64,000 nt of DNA, from NCBI GenBank assembly GCA_002399785.1, contig DHEH01000015.1, forward strand, positions 21,128 through 85,127. The letters are read 5' to 3'. Positions 54,268 to 62,888 of the stretch are shown here, one piece after another. Both the position numbers and the translations under genes were made by a program. The notes beneath the pieces were generated by a model. It saw nothing but the letters and a program-made list of their open reading frames with translations, was not told where the DNA came from and ran no database searches. The stretch's first letter is position 1, and each line of letters begins with the position of its first letter. The stretch comes from Bacillales bacterium UBA4855 (GTDB lineage: Bacteria; Bacillota_I; Bacilli_A; RFN20; CAG-826).

Positions 54268-55696
54268 AAAAGTTAGAGTTAGATATGCACCTTCTCCTAC
54301 AGGATTTTTACATATTGGCGGAGCAAGAAGTGCCTTGTTCAATTATCTATTTGCAAAAAGGTATAACGGAGATTTCGTTTTTAGAGTTGAAGATACTGAT
54401 GTTGAAAGAAACATTGCTGGAGCCGAAGAGAGTCAATTACATGATTTGATTTGGCTTGGAATTGTGCCGGATGAATCTCCAGAAAAACCTAATCCAAAAT
54501 ATGCTCCATATCATCAAATGGAAAAACTTGATGTATATCAAAAATTTGCTCAAGAATTAGTAGATAAAGGATATGCATATTATTGTTATTGTTCTGAAGA
54601 TGAATTAGCCGAAATGAAAGAAGAGCAACTCGCAAATGGAGTTAAGTCTTTTAAATATAATAGACATTGCTTGAATTTGTCTGAAGAAGAAAAAATTAAA
54701 TATATTAGCGAAGGCAGAAAACCAGCTATTAGAATTAAAATGGAAAGTGGCGTCACTTTTAAATTTGATGATTTAGTCAGAGGCGAAGTATCGTTTAATA
54801 GTGATGATATCGGCGATTTTGTTATCATGAAGAGCAGTGGAATTCCAACTTACAATTTTGCAGTAGTTGTTGACGATCATTTAATGGAAATTACTCATGT
54901 TTTAAGAGGCGAAGAGCATTTAAGCAATACCCCAAAGCAATTACAAATTTATAAATATTTTGGTTGGGAAGCTCCTCAATTTGGTCATATGACAATTATT
55001 TGCAATCCAAATGGAAAAAAATTATCAAAGAGAGACCATAATATTTTACAATTTATGTCTCAATATCGTGAACTCGGATATTTACCAGAAGCTATCGTTA
55101 ATTTCTTGTTCTTATTAGGATGGACAAGTCCAGATAATCGTGAGATTTTCTCCCTAGAAGAAGCGATTAAAGTTTTTGATCCTTCAAGATTATCCAGTTC
55201 TCCATCGATTTTTGATAATAAAAGACTTTTGTATACAAATGCTTATTATATTAAACATTTAAGTGATGAAAAATATTTTGAGTTTATTGCCCCTTTCTTA
55301 AAACAAATTAAATTTGAGAAAACGTATTCTCAAGCCGAATTGAATAAAATGTCTTTAATATTTAAGAATGAGATAAATACCGGATCCGAAATAGTTGAAA
55401 TGATGAATGCGATTTTAAATCCAAAAGCTGAAAATACTGATGAAGAAAAAGCCATTTTAAACGCAAACACTGCTCCAGTAGTTATAAAAGCTTTTAAAGA
55501 GAAACTTCAAAATATGGAAGTACTTAATCCTGATACTGTCAAAGTTTTATTCAAAGAGATACAAACCGAGACAGGTATTAAAGGTAAAGATTTATATATG
55601 CCTATTAGAATTAAATTGACTGGATGTATGCACGGCATCGAAATGTTCAATATTATTGATATTTTAGGCAAGCAAGAAGTTATTAATCGTTTATAG
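54260..55696 (+). CDS. gltX: Glutamate--tRNA ligase
   Basis: RVRYAPSPTGFLHIGGAR (HIGH) and KLSKR (KMSKS). The ATG at 54260 follows GGAGGGAAAAG and overlaps the ispF end by 8 nt. Confidence 0.95.
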   Translation: MNKKVRVRYAPSPTGFLHIGGARSALFNYLFAKRYNGDFVFRVEDTDVERNIAGAEESQLHDLIWLGIVPDESPEKPNPKYAPYHQMEKLDVYQKFAQELVDKGYAYYCYCSEDELAEMKEEQLANGVKSFKYNRHCLNLSEEEKIKYISEGRKPAIRIKMESGVTFKFDDLVRGEVSFNSDDIGDFVIMKSSGIPTYNFAVVVDDHLMEITHVLRGEEHLSNTPKQLQIYKYFGWEAPQFGHMTIICNPNGKKLSKRDHNILQFMSQYRELGYLPEAIVNFLFLLGWTSPDNREIFSLEEAIKVFDPSRLSSSPSIFDNKRLLYTNAYYIKHLSDEKYFEFIAPFLKQIKFEKTYSQAELNKMSLIFKNEINTGSEIVEMMNAILNPKAENTDEEKAILNANTAPVVIKAFKEKLQNMEVLNPDTVKVLFKEIQTETGIKGKDLYMPIRIKLTGCMHGIEMFNIIDILGKQEVINRL

Positions 55697-55745
55697 TATT
55701 TTTATTATAATTAATGTATAATTATGGACGCATAAAGGAGTTTTT

Positions 55746-56162
55746 ATGGAAGAAAATTATAAAAATGAATCGATGGTTGATGTAGCTTACTCTTCATTAG
55801 TTGGATTTGCTAAAGTTGTTAGTTTTAGTGAATTATATGATGATGTTTGTGCTAAGTTAGAATTAACTGACGAAGAAAAGAAAAACAATATTTCAAGATT
55901 TTACACAAATTTATCCCTTGATGGTAGATTTGTCACTCTTGGTAACAATTTCTGGGACTTAAGAAAGAACCAAACTTATGACAAAGTTCGTATTGATATG
56001 AATGATGTCTATAATGATATCGATAACGATACTTACGGTAATTACGATAAGGAAGAAATCGATAGCAACGAAGAAAAAGAAGCTCTCGGTGTTGAAGATA
56101 GCGATGATGATGATGAAGCCACTGATGAAGAAACTTCCGATAGTGACGATAAGAATTTATAA
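55746..56162 (+). CDS. rpoE: RNA polymerase delta subunit
   Basis: HARE-HTH N-domain (FYTNLSLDGRFVTLGNNFWDLR) plus a strongly acidic Asp/Glu tail. Confidence 0.85.
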   Translation: MEENYKNESMVDVAYSSLVGFAKVVSFSELYDDVCAKLELTDEEKKNNISRFYTNLSLDGRFVTLGNNFWDLRKNQTYDKVRIDMNDVYNDIDNDTYGNYDKEEIDSNEEKEALGVEDSDDDDEATDEETSDSDDKNL

Positions 56163-56183
56163 TTTATCTAAAAAGGAGAGAAT

Positions 56184-57074
56184 ATGAATAAATTAGTCAA
56201 TATGTGCGAAATGTTAAAGAAAGCTCACGATGGTCATTATGCTGTCGGTCAATTTAACATTAACAATCTTGAATGGGTAAGTGCCATTCTTGACGAGTGT
56301 CAAGAGCTAAAAGCTCCAGTTATTCTTGGAGTTAGTGAAGGTGCTATGAAGTATATGGGTGGTTGCGATACCATCGTTGGTATGGTTAATGGTTACATTA
56401 AAGACAACGGAATTACTGTTCCTGTTTGTTTACATGTTGACCACGGATCAAGCTTTGAAGTTTGTAAAAAAGCAATCGATGCAGGGTTCTCAAGTGTTAT
56501 GATTGATGCAAGTCACCATCCACTCGAAGAGAACATTGCCTTAACTAAGCAAGTCGTTGATTATGCTCACGCTCATGGTGTTTCTGTCGAAGCCGAACTT
56601 GGACATGTTGGTGGACAAGAAGATAACGTCGTTTCTCAAGGTGTTCTTTATGCCGATCCAAATGAATGCTTAAAAATGATTACTGAAGCTAAGTTAGATG
56701 CTTTAGCTCCTGCTCTTGGTTCAGTTCATGGACCATATCACGGAGAACCAAAATTAGGTTTTAAAGAAATGGCTGAAATTAACGAACTTTGCAAGACTCC
56801 ATTAGTTTTACATGGAGGAAGCGGAATTCCAGATTTCCAACTTAAAATGGCTATTGATAGAGGAACATGCAAAATTAACGTCAACACTGAATGCCAACAA
56901 GCATTTGCTAGAGTTGTTCGTGAATTCTGCAAAGCTACTGAAAATGATCCCGAAATTTATACAAATCCAAAATTCTACGATCCACGTAAAATTGTTGGAC
57001 CTGCTAAACAAGGAATTAAAGATGTTGTTAAAGCTAAATGCACAGTGTTTGGCTGTGTTGGTAAAGGCGAATAA
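56184..57074 (+). CDS. fba: Class II fructose-1,6-bisphosphate aldolase
   Basis: Motifs seen: [27 protein letters not shown] and LVLHGGSG. Confidence 0.95.
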   Translation: MNKLVNMCEMLKKAHDGHYAVGQFNINNLEWVSAILDECQELKAPVILGVSEGAMKYMGGCDTIVGMVNGYIKDNGITVPVCLHVDHGSSFEVCKKAIDAGFSSVMIDASHHPLEENIALTKQVVDYAHAHGVSVEAELGHVGGQEDNVVSQGVLYADPNECLKMITEAKLDALAPALGSVHGPYHGEPKLGFKEMAEINELCKTPLVLHGGSGIPDFQLKMAIDRGTCKINVNTECQQAFARVVREFCKATENDPEIYTNPKFYDPRKIVGPAKQGIKDVVKAKCTVFGCVGKGE

Positions 57075-57092
57075 TTTTTAGATAGAACTGTT

Positions 57093-57124
57093 AAAACCCA
57101 ATCATTTTGATTGGGTTTTAATTT
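57093..57124 (+). terminator. Rho-independent terminator after fba
   Basis: AAAACCCAATCA-tttt-GATTGGGTTTT. This rules out the TTG start at 57111 in the ORF track for the next gene. Confidence 0.85.
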
Positions 57125-57140
57125 AATAGGAGATTTGATT

Positions 57141-57920
57141 ATGCAATACGAAAAAGAACTAAATGCTGCTTTAGAGGCTGGTTTAAAGGCTAAAGCAACA
57201 GTTATGAAATATTATCATGAAGGTTTTCATGTCGAAATTAAGGGCGATAATAGTCCTGTAACAGAGGCTGATAAAGCAAGTGATAAAATTATTAGAGACT
57301 ATTTAGGGGAAAGATTTCCTGATTATGCATTTTTAACTGAAGAAAGTGTTGATAATAAAGATAGACTTAAAAATGATTATGTTTGGATTATCGATCCAGT
57401 TGATGGAACGGAAGATTTTGTTCATAAAGACGATATGTTTACCATCAATATCGCACTTGCTTATAAGCATAAAGTGGTTTTAGGAGTCGTTTTTATTCCT
57501 GCTACAGGCGATATTTATTATGGAGTTGAAGGAAGTGGATCTTTTAAGATTCATGACGGAAACACAACCAAAATTCATGTTAACGATAAATTAACTGACT
57601 TAACAGTTTTGACTAGTGTTTATCATCCAGCTATAAAAGATGTTAAAACAATTGAGAAATATAAAGATAGAATAAAACATGTTAAAAAAATCGGCTCGTC
57701 TATAAAGGGATGCTATATTGCTGAAGGCAAGGCGGAAATCACTTATCGTTTCGAAGATGGGACTAAAGAGTGGGATACAGCCGCATTCCAAGCTGTTGTT
57801 GAAAATGCTGGAGGCCTAGTAATTAAATTTAATGGACAACCAATCGAATATAATAGAGAAGATGTTTATAATCGTGATGGATATATTGTTTTAAATAGAA
57901 GAGAAAATTTTTTAATATAA
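57141..57920 (+). CDS. Inositol monophosphatase / 3'(2'),5'-bisphosphate nucleotidase family protein
   Basis: FLTEES, WIIDPVDGTEDF and a WDTAA-type C-terminal motif. The ATG at 57141 follows TAGGAGA. Confidence 0.85.
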   Translation: MQYEKELNAALEAGLKAKATVMKYYHEGFHVEIKGDNSPVTEADKASDKIIRDYLGERFPDYAFLTEESVDNKDRLKNDYVWIIDPVDGTEDFVHKDDMFTINIALAYKHKVVLGVVFIPATGDIYYGVEGSGSFKIHDGNTTKIHVNDKLTDLTVLTSVYHPAIKDVKTIEKYKDRIKHVKKIGSSIKGCYIAEGKAEITYRFEDGTKEWDTAAFQAVVENAGGLVIKFNGQPIEYNREDVYNRDGYIVLNRRENFLI

Positions 57921-57932
57921 ATCTATAAACAT

Positions 57933-57968
57933 AAAAAAAAGAAACTCAATTGATTGAGTTTCTTTTTT
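57933..57968. terminator. Bidirectional terminator between the IMPase-family gene (+) and nfu (-)
   Basis: An A8 run, GAAACTC-aattgatt-GAGTTTC, then T6. Confidence 0.8.
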
Positions 57969-58278
57969 ATTTTAATTGTTGATCTGCTTTTTCTTTAGCA
58001 ATTTTTAAAGATGCTTTTACTAACTCTTTTTCACTTGCTAATCTTACAGCAACGACACCAGGAACTTCTTCCATCAAAATCACTTCAATACCTTGTTCTA
58101 AATCTGCATTAAGATAGCTGCAGCCTTCGCAGGCGCCACTAATATTAACGTATACTATTCCGTCTTCGAATGAATCAAAAGTAACGTCGCCGCCTTCTCT
58201 TTGCATGAATGGTCTAAGTTTATCAAGGGTTTGTTTTATTAAGTTGATAGTGTTTTCGTTTATATCGTTCATTTCCAT
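57967..58278 (-). CDS. nfu: NifU C-terminal-domain (Nfu-type) Fe-S cluster carrier
   Basis: LRPFMQREGGDVTF...SGACEGCS (CxxC). I prefer the start at MEMNDI (58278) over the hydrophobic 18-aa extension in the track. Confidence 0.8.
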   Translation of the reverse strand: MEMNDINENTINLIKQTLDKLRPFMQREGGDVTFDSFEDGIVYVNISGACEGCSYLNADLEQGIEVILMEEVPGVVAVRLASEKELVKASLKIAKEKADQQLK

Positions 58279-58353
58279 AACTTTTAATATTATAATGATG
58301 TAATTTTGAAAATCAACAAATATGAAAGGCAATTTTTATTCTAAAAATAAACA

Positions 58354-58381
58354 TAAAAAAAGCATTGCGTTTAGCGCAATG
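58354..58381 (-). terminator. Rho-independent terminator of the tRNA operon
   Basis: The minus strand reads CATTGCG-ctaaa-CGCAATG followed by CTTTTTTT. Confidence 0.8.
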
Positions 58382-58395
58382 TTTCGTTTAATTCT

Positions 58396-58482
58396 TGGTG
58401 CCCGGGATCGGAATCGAACCGATATGATATTGCTATCAAAGGATTTTAAGTCCTTCGCGTCTACCTGTTCCGCCACCTGGGC
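58396..58482 (-). tRNA. tRNA-Leu (anticodon UAA), type II with long variable arm, CCA encoded
   Basis: My minus-strand reading is GCCCAGGTGGCGGAACAGGTAGACGCGAAGGACTTAAAATCC...GGTTCGATTCCGATCCCGGGCACCA. The anticodon loop is CTTAAAA. There is one A5-C68 mismatch in the acceptor stem. Confidence 0.9.
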
Positions 58483-58498
58483 ATAGAATTTAATAAAT

Positions 58499-58574
58499 TG
58501 GTGATCCACTGGAGATTCGAACTCCAGACCCCTTGATTAAAAGTCAAGTGCTCTACCGACTGAGCTAGTGGATC
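58499..58574 (-). tRNA. tRNA-Lys (anticodon UUU), CCA encoded
   Basis: GATCCACTAGCTCAGTCGGTAGAGCACTTGACTTTTAATCAAGGGGTCTGGAGTTCGAATCTCCAGTGGATCACCA folds into a full cloverleaf. Confidence 0.95.
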
Positions 58575-58578
58575 ATAT

Positions 58579-58654
58579 TGGTTGGGATGGCTGGACTTGA
58601 ACCAGCGGAATGACAGAGTCAAAGTCTGTTGCCTTACCTCTTGGCTACATCCCA
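58579..58654 (-). tRNA. tRNA-Gln (anticodon UUG), CCA encoded
   Basis: TGGGATGTAGCCAAGAGGTAAGGCAACAGACTTTGACTCTGTCATTCCGCTGGTTCAAGTCCAGCCATCCCAACCA. Confidence 0.95.
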
Positions 58655-58665
58655 ATATAACCAAA

Positions 58666-58749
58666 TGGTGGAGGGGGGCAGATTCGAACTGCCGAACCCG
58701 AAGGAATTGATTTACAGTCAACCGCGTTTAGCCACTTCGCTACCCCTCC
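58666..58749 (-). tRNA. tRNA-Tyr (anticodon GUA), long variable arm, CCA encoded
   Basis: GGAGGGGTAGCGAAGTGGCTAAACGCGGTTGACTGTAAATCAATTCCTTCGGGTTCGGCAGTTCGAATCTGCCCCCCTCCACCA. Confidence 0.95.
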
Positions 58750-58777
58750 ACGGGATTTCTCGCAGAAGCGTAATTGA

Positions 58778-58853
58778 TGGTGGATGTTACAGGGCTCGAA
58801 CCTGTGACCTCCGCCGTGTAAAGGCGATGCTCTCCCAACTGAGCTAAACATCC
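58778..58853 (-). tRNA. tRNA-Val (anticodon UAC), CCA encoded
   Basis: GGATGTTTAGCTCAGTTGGGAGAGCATCGCCTTTACACGGCGGAGGTCACAGGTTCGAGCCCTGTAACATCCACCA. Confidence 0.95.
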
Positions 58854-58885
58854 AACCTATTTAACACGATTACGCGTGCTTACAT

Positions 58886-58914
58886 AATATATCAAAACCC
58901 ACTTTTTATGTCAA
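58886..58914 (-). promoter_or_regulatory. Putative sigma-A promoter of the tRNA operon
   Basis: The minus strand reads TTGACA (58914-58909), a 17-nt spacer and TATATT (58891-58886), about 30 nt upstream of tRNA-Val. Confidence 0.55.
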
Positions 58915-58951
58915 TAAATAATTTGGAAATTATGTCTTAGAATAATGTTTC

Positions 58952-60241
58952 CTAATAGCCTTTTTTGCCGAGAAGGTGGAACATATTCTTTTTATATACT
59001 TCAACACCAGGTTGATTAAAAGGATTAACTTTATTTAAGTATGCACTCATGGCACAAGCTTTCATAAAGAAATAGAAGAAATACCCTAAATTTTTGGCAT
59101 TCATTTCATCTAATGTGATGGTAATGTTAGGAACGTTTCCGCTTTCAGAATGTGCTTTAAGGGTTCCAACATAAGCTTTATGATTGATAAAACTTAATTT
59201 TTTACCGGCAAGATAATTAATTCCATCGCTATCATCATCGCAAAGAGGCACTTCAATATCCTTATTTGGTTTTGAAACATAAACAATTGTTTCGTAAAGA
59301 ATTTTACTTCCTTCTTGGATAAATTGACCTAAAGAATGAAGATCAGTTGTAAAGACACATGAAGCACAAAGAACGGCTTTGCCATCCTTGCCTTCAGTTT
59401 CATCGAACAATTGTTTCCGCCATTCTTTTAAATTTGTTAAACGTGGTTCATACATTGCTAACATTTCGACTGGATAATTTTTCTTTGTATATAAATAAAA
59501 TCTTTCGACAGCGTATTGGTAAGCGCTATTTTCTTTGATTTTATCGTTATCAAAATCAATTTGACCTTGTTTCAAACCATCAATATATTCACGAATATTG
59601 ATGCCGGCAACTGCCATTGGAAAAAGTCCAACTGCTGTCATAACTGAGTAACGGCCGCCAATATCACGTGGTAAATCATAAGCAACATAATGCTCAGATT
59701 TAACTTCAGCTCTTAAAGAGCCGTTAGTTTCATCAGTAATAGCAACGATAGCTTTATTAAAATCGTTTTCCATTTGTTGTTTTAATAAATTCTTTAAAAT
59801 TCTAAAAGAAACCGCAGTTTCAGTAGTGGTACCAGATTTTGAAATAACACAAACGCAGAATTTTTTATTTTTTAAATAGTTGATACAGCTATCAACATAA
59901 TTTGAGTCTAATGAATTTCCTAAATAGATTATTTCCATTTTATCGCTTGATGGAATTCCATTTAATGCTTCGATTGCAGCACGTGGACCAAGGTAGGATC
60001 CACCAATACCACAGACAACTAATACATCGTAATTCTCACGAAATTCTTTTGCTTTATTTTCGATTGATTTAATTACTTTTTCATCGATTCTTGAAGGATA
60101 GTCATACCAACCTAGAAAATCTGAACCTAAACCAGTTCTGTTTTTAATAGTTTCATTAATTTCAGTAACCTTTTTTTGATACTTTTCAAAATTAACGAGG
60201 TTTCCTTTCCCTAAATAATCAAAGCCAACTTCAATTTTCAT
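58952..60241 (-). CDS. pgi: Glucose-6-phosphate isomerase
   Basis: Motifs seen: VVCGIGGSYLGPRA, ISKSGTTTET, DIGGRYS and the C-terminal NPFNQPGVE. Confidence 0.95.
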   Translation of the reverse strand: MKIEVGFDYLGKGNLVNFEKYQKKVTEINETIKNRTGLGSDFLGWYDYPSRIDEKVIKSIENKAKEFRENYDVLVVCGIGGSYLGPRAAIEALNGIPSSDKMEIIYLGNSLDSNYVDSCINYLKNKKFCVCVISKSGTTTETAVSFRILKNLLKQQMENDFNKAIVAITDETNGSLRAEVKSEHYVAYDLPRDIGGRYSVMTAVGLFPMAVAGINIREYIDGLKQGQIDFDNDKIKENSAYQYAVERFYLYTKKNYPVEMLAMYEPRLTNLKEWRKQLFDETEGKDGKAVLCASCVFTTDLHSLGQFIQEGSKILYETIVYVSKPNKDIEVPLCDDDSDGINYLAGKKLSFINHKAYVGTLKAHSESGNVPNITITLDEMNAKNLGYFFYFFMKACAMSAYLNKVNPFNQPGVEVYKKNMFHLLGKKGY

Positions 60242-60618
60242 AATTTTTCCCTCTCTAACTCCTTTTTAATCATATCGGGAAGAGATTTTTCTAATTTTGA
60301 AAAATCGGTTTCCTTAAGATAAGAAGTCATTTTTTTGCTTGGACCAAAATCTTGGATGTTGTTTAGATCAGAATTTACCTGCTTTAAACTGACGTTAAGA
60401 AATTTATTTTCTTTGTCAATTGTGAGGATTTTTAAATTAACGCAATCCCCCAACGAAAAACCTTTTGAAATGTCGTTGACAAAATTGTTTGAAATCTCAC
60501 TAATATGAAGCAATCCAATATAACCGCCAACAAAACTAAAAAATACCCCGTATTTTTTAATAGATGTGACAATCCCTTGAATTATATCTCCATCTTTAAA
60601 AGAAACATCGAAATTCAT
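60238..60618 (-). CDS. S1 RNA-binding-domain protein (YugI / general-stress-protein-13 like)
   Basis: One S1 domain: GDIIQGIVTSIKKYGVFFSFVGGYIGLLHISEIS...GDCVNLKILTID. Confidence 0.8.
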   Translation of the reverse strand: MNFDVSFKDGDIIQGIVTSIKKYGVFFSFVGGYIGLLHISEISNNFVNDISKGFSLGDCVNLKILTIDKENKFLNVSLKQVNSDLNNIQDFGPSKKMTSYLKETDFSKLEKSLPDMIKKELEREKL

Positions 60619-60624
60619 AAGACC

Positions 60625-61311
60625 TCACTTTGCCAATAACTTTTTTAGGATTTCTAAATCAGTAGAATCGGTAACTTTAAAGTTAAGTTTGCTACCTTTA
60701 ATTAAACTGACATTAACACCTAAACCTTTGACTAACTGCAAATCATCAGAAGAATTAAAAATACTATTTTTAATAGCCTTCTCATGAACGTTGAATATTA
60801 TATCAAATTTAAAGCATTGTGGTGTCTGAATTTGCATTATTTCATTACGATTTATGTAATTTATTGAATAATCTTTGCCATTTGCAAAAACTAAAGAATC
60901 TTGAGATGGTATATAGACTGCAACTGCATCGGCTTTTTTTAGTTCTTCAACGCTTTCTTTCAGTGTTGACAGACTAAGAAGTGGACGAGCAGCGTCATGA
61001 ATTACGACTTCAGAACATTTATCGAGTGTTTTTAAGTATTTTAAGCCATTATAGACACTTTTTTGTCTCGTGTCAGAGCCTTCTGTAATATAAATTTTTT
61101 TACTAGCCTTCAATTTATTGATGATTTCTTGTACATAATCAAGGTGATCTTTATCTACAACCAAAACTATTTCATCTATTAAATTACAAGACAAAAAAGT
61201 GTTCAAAGAATACAAAAAAATATCAATTCCGTTGATTTTTATATATTGTTTATATGAATTTGGAGTGAGACGATTCCCAGTTCCAGACATCATTAATAAA
61301 CCATAGATCAT
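60625..61311 (-). CDS. ispD: IspD-family cytidylyltransferase (2-C-methyl-D-erythritol 4-phosphate cytidylyltransferase, or a TarI-like relative)
   Basis: MMSGTGNRL...YKQY N-terminal nucleotide-binding loop, VIHDAARPL and IQTPQCF motifs. Confidence 0.65.
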   Translation of the reverse strand: MIYGLLMMSGTGNRLTPNSYKQYIKINGIDIFLYSLNTFLSCNLIDEIVLVVDKDHLDYVQEIINKLKASKKIYITEGSDTRQKSVYNGLKYLKTLDKCSEVVIHDAARPLLSLSTLKESVEELKKADAVAVYIPSQDSLVFANGKDYSINYINRNEIMQIQTPQCFKFDIIFNVHEKAIKNSIFNSSDDLQLVKGLGVNVSLIKGSKLNFKVTDSTDLEILKKLLAK

Positions 61312-62144
61312 AGACTAGCCTTAGTTTTCTCCTGTCTACTATCTAATTGAGTGCGAATACTAATTGAATCAATAATTAAATGGACTATTTTTTCAAGTTC
61401 ACCATTGATTGAATAATCGGCTTTAGCGATATAATCGACTCTTCCATCTTCAAACAAAGATGAAACTTTATCTCTCATGCCTTTTGGATATACAGCAATT
61501 GAGTGTCCTTCGTTTTGTTTTACAACAATCATTCCTGGGACATCAGTGAGTCCATCTCCTAAATAAATCATATTCTCGTATTTAATACGTCTATGAACAG
61601 TTTTTTCATTGACTTTTTTATCATCATTATCAGTTATAGCGCCTTTTGAAATACGGAAAACATATTGAGTTTTTTGAGTATAATTAATCATTGTTTTTGG
61701 CCAATAAGCTAATTTTGTATCTTCATCATACAAATATTCACAGCCAAAGATTTGTTTAAATTCTTTAGCGATGCTTGTGCCTTCGATTATTTCTTTATTT
61801 CCACTTGTTATTAAATAATGTTCAACTATTAAGCCACGATTACTTGCATATTCGTTGATACGTTTAAACCAAGTAGTGACGCCATCATAAAATTTAATTA
61901 ATTTACCAGTGCTATATAAATATTCTCTAGTTAAGGCGATACCTTTTTCTTTGGCAGTCTTAATCATCATATACATGTAACCTAGTATTTTATCTACATC
62001 ATAATTTGAACAGAATTCTTGAGTTTTCTTCCAAAATTGTTCAGGAGTTAAACCCATATCTTTGATAAAACCAAAGTTTTGCATATCTTCAGTTGCAAGT
62101 GTTCTATCAAAGTCATACATAATTGCGATAATTTGTTTTCCCAT
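61308..62144 (-). CDS. HAD-superfamily hydrolase/phosphatase
   Basis: Motif I YDFDRTL and motif IV GDGLTD. The ATG at 62144 follows a GAGGT RBS. The 16-aa extension in the track is hydrophobic and unsupported. Confidence 0.75.
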   Translation of the reverse strand: MGKQIIAIMYDFDRTLATEDMQNFGFIKDMGLTPEQFWKKTQEFCSNYDVDKILGYMYMMIKTAKEKGIALTREYLYSTGKLIKFYDGVTTWFKRINEYASNRGLIVEHYLITSGNKEIIEGTSIAKEFKQIFGCEYLYDEDTKLAYWPKTMINYTQKTQYVFRISKGAITDNDDKKVNEKTVHRRIKYENMIYLGDGLTDVPGMIVVKQNEGHSIAVYPKGMRDKVSSLFEDGRVDYIAKADYSINGELEKIVHLIIDSISIRTQLDSRQEKTKASL

Positions 62145-62310
62145 AATATTACCTCGGTGTAATATTATAACAAATATAAATAAATATAGCAAAAATGATG
62201 CGCATTAACGCAATAAATTGCAAAAAAATGCTCATTCTTAAAGAAACAAATTACGAATATACGAAAGACTTACTGTTTTGATAGATTAATTTTTAATAAC
62301 AATCTAGAAT

Positions 62311-62877
62311 ATGTTTATGAATTTTTCTTATATTGTTTTAGCTGCTTTCAAAATTGAATGGTATCACATATTAATTTGCGTCGCCGTTGTTTTAGCAATC
62401 AGCTATATTGTTTTGATTATTGTTTCTTGCTGTTTTATGCATATTTTTAACAATAAAATGAAAAAATCGAGCGAAACTATCAGTATTTTTATTTTTCAAA
62501 AAGAAGAATGTATGGCTAAAATAATTAATCTATTAGGCGACGTCACGACAAAACAAAAAATATTAAGCGATTTTCTTGATAACTTTTCTGAAAAATCTTA
62601 TGTGGTATTATCTTATAAAGAATTTGGCAATAAATTTGCTGAATCCAGGGAAATTAATAAAGAAATTAAATTGATCTATACTAACATCAAGGGTTTAAAA
62701 AATAAGAATCAAATTGATGCTTTATTTTTATCAATTAACGAATTAAATACGGGTTATAACGAGGAAACGCAACTTTATAATAGCTATGTTGTGGCGTATA
62801 ATTATTGGAGAAATTTATTTATGACAAGATGGATAAAAGACATCTTTAAAATAAAAGAAAAGGAACAAATTAAGTAA
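62311..62877 (+). CDS. LemA-like single-pass membrane protein (weak call)
   Basis: An N-terminal TM helix and a helical body. The C-terminal EETQLYNSYVVAYNYWRNLFMTRWI resembles the LemA R-x-YN-x-V-x-YN segment. Confidence 0.45.
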   Translation: MFMNFSYIVLAAFKIEWYHILICVAVVLAISYIVLIIVSCCFMHIFNNKMKKSSETISIFIFQKEECMAKIINLLGDVTTKQKILSDFLDNFSEKSYVVLSYKEFGNKFAESREINKEIKLIYTNIKGLKNKNQIDALFLSINELNTGYNEETQLYNSYVVAYNYWRNLFMTRWIKDIFKIKEKEQIK

Positions 62878-62888
62878 AGGAGAAATAT

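Noticed and set aside
56002-56187. 61-aa plus-strand ORF in an alternative frame of the rpoE acidic tail, plus the alternative-frame ORFs inside fba (56738..56932, 56808..57011, 56812..57081)
   Set aside because: They are out-of-frame overlaps with strongly conserved genes and have no independent support.
58279-58300. TATAAT box 10 nt upstream of the nfu ATG, considered as a second leaderless-mRNA candidate
   Set aside because: The spacing is too long for a leaderless start at 58278 and no supporting -35 is present. This cannot be judged without TSS data.
58461-58851. Three ORFs (58461..58721 -, 58629..58847 +, 58645..58851 -)
   Set aside because: They overlap the five tRNA genes. The open frames are a by-product of GC-rich structured RNA genes.
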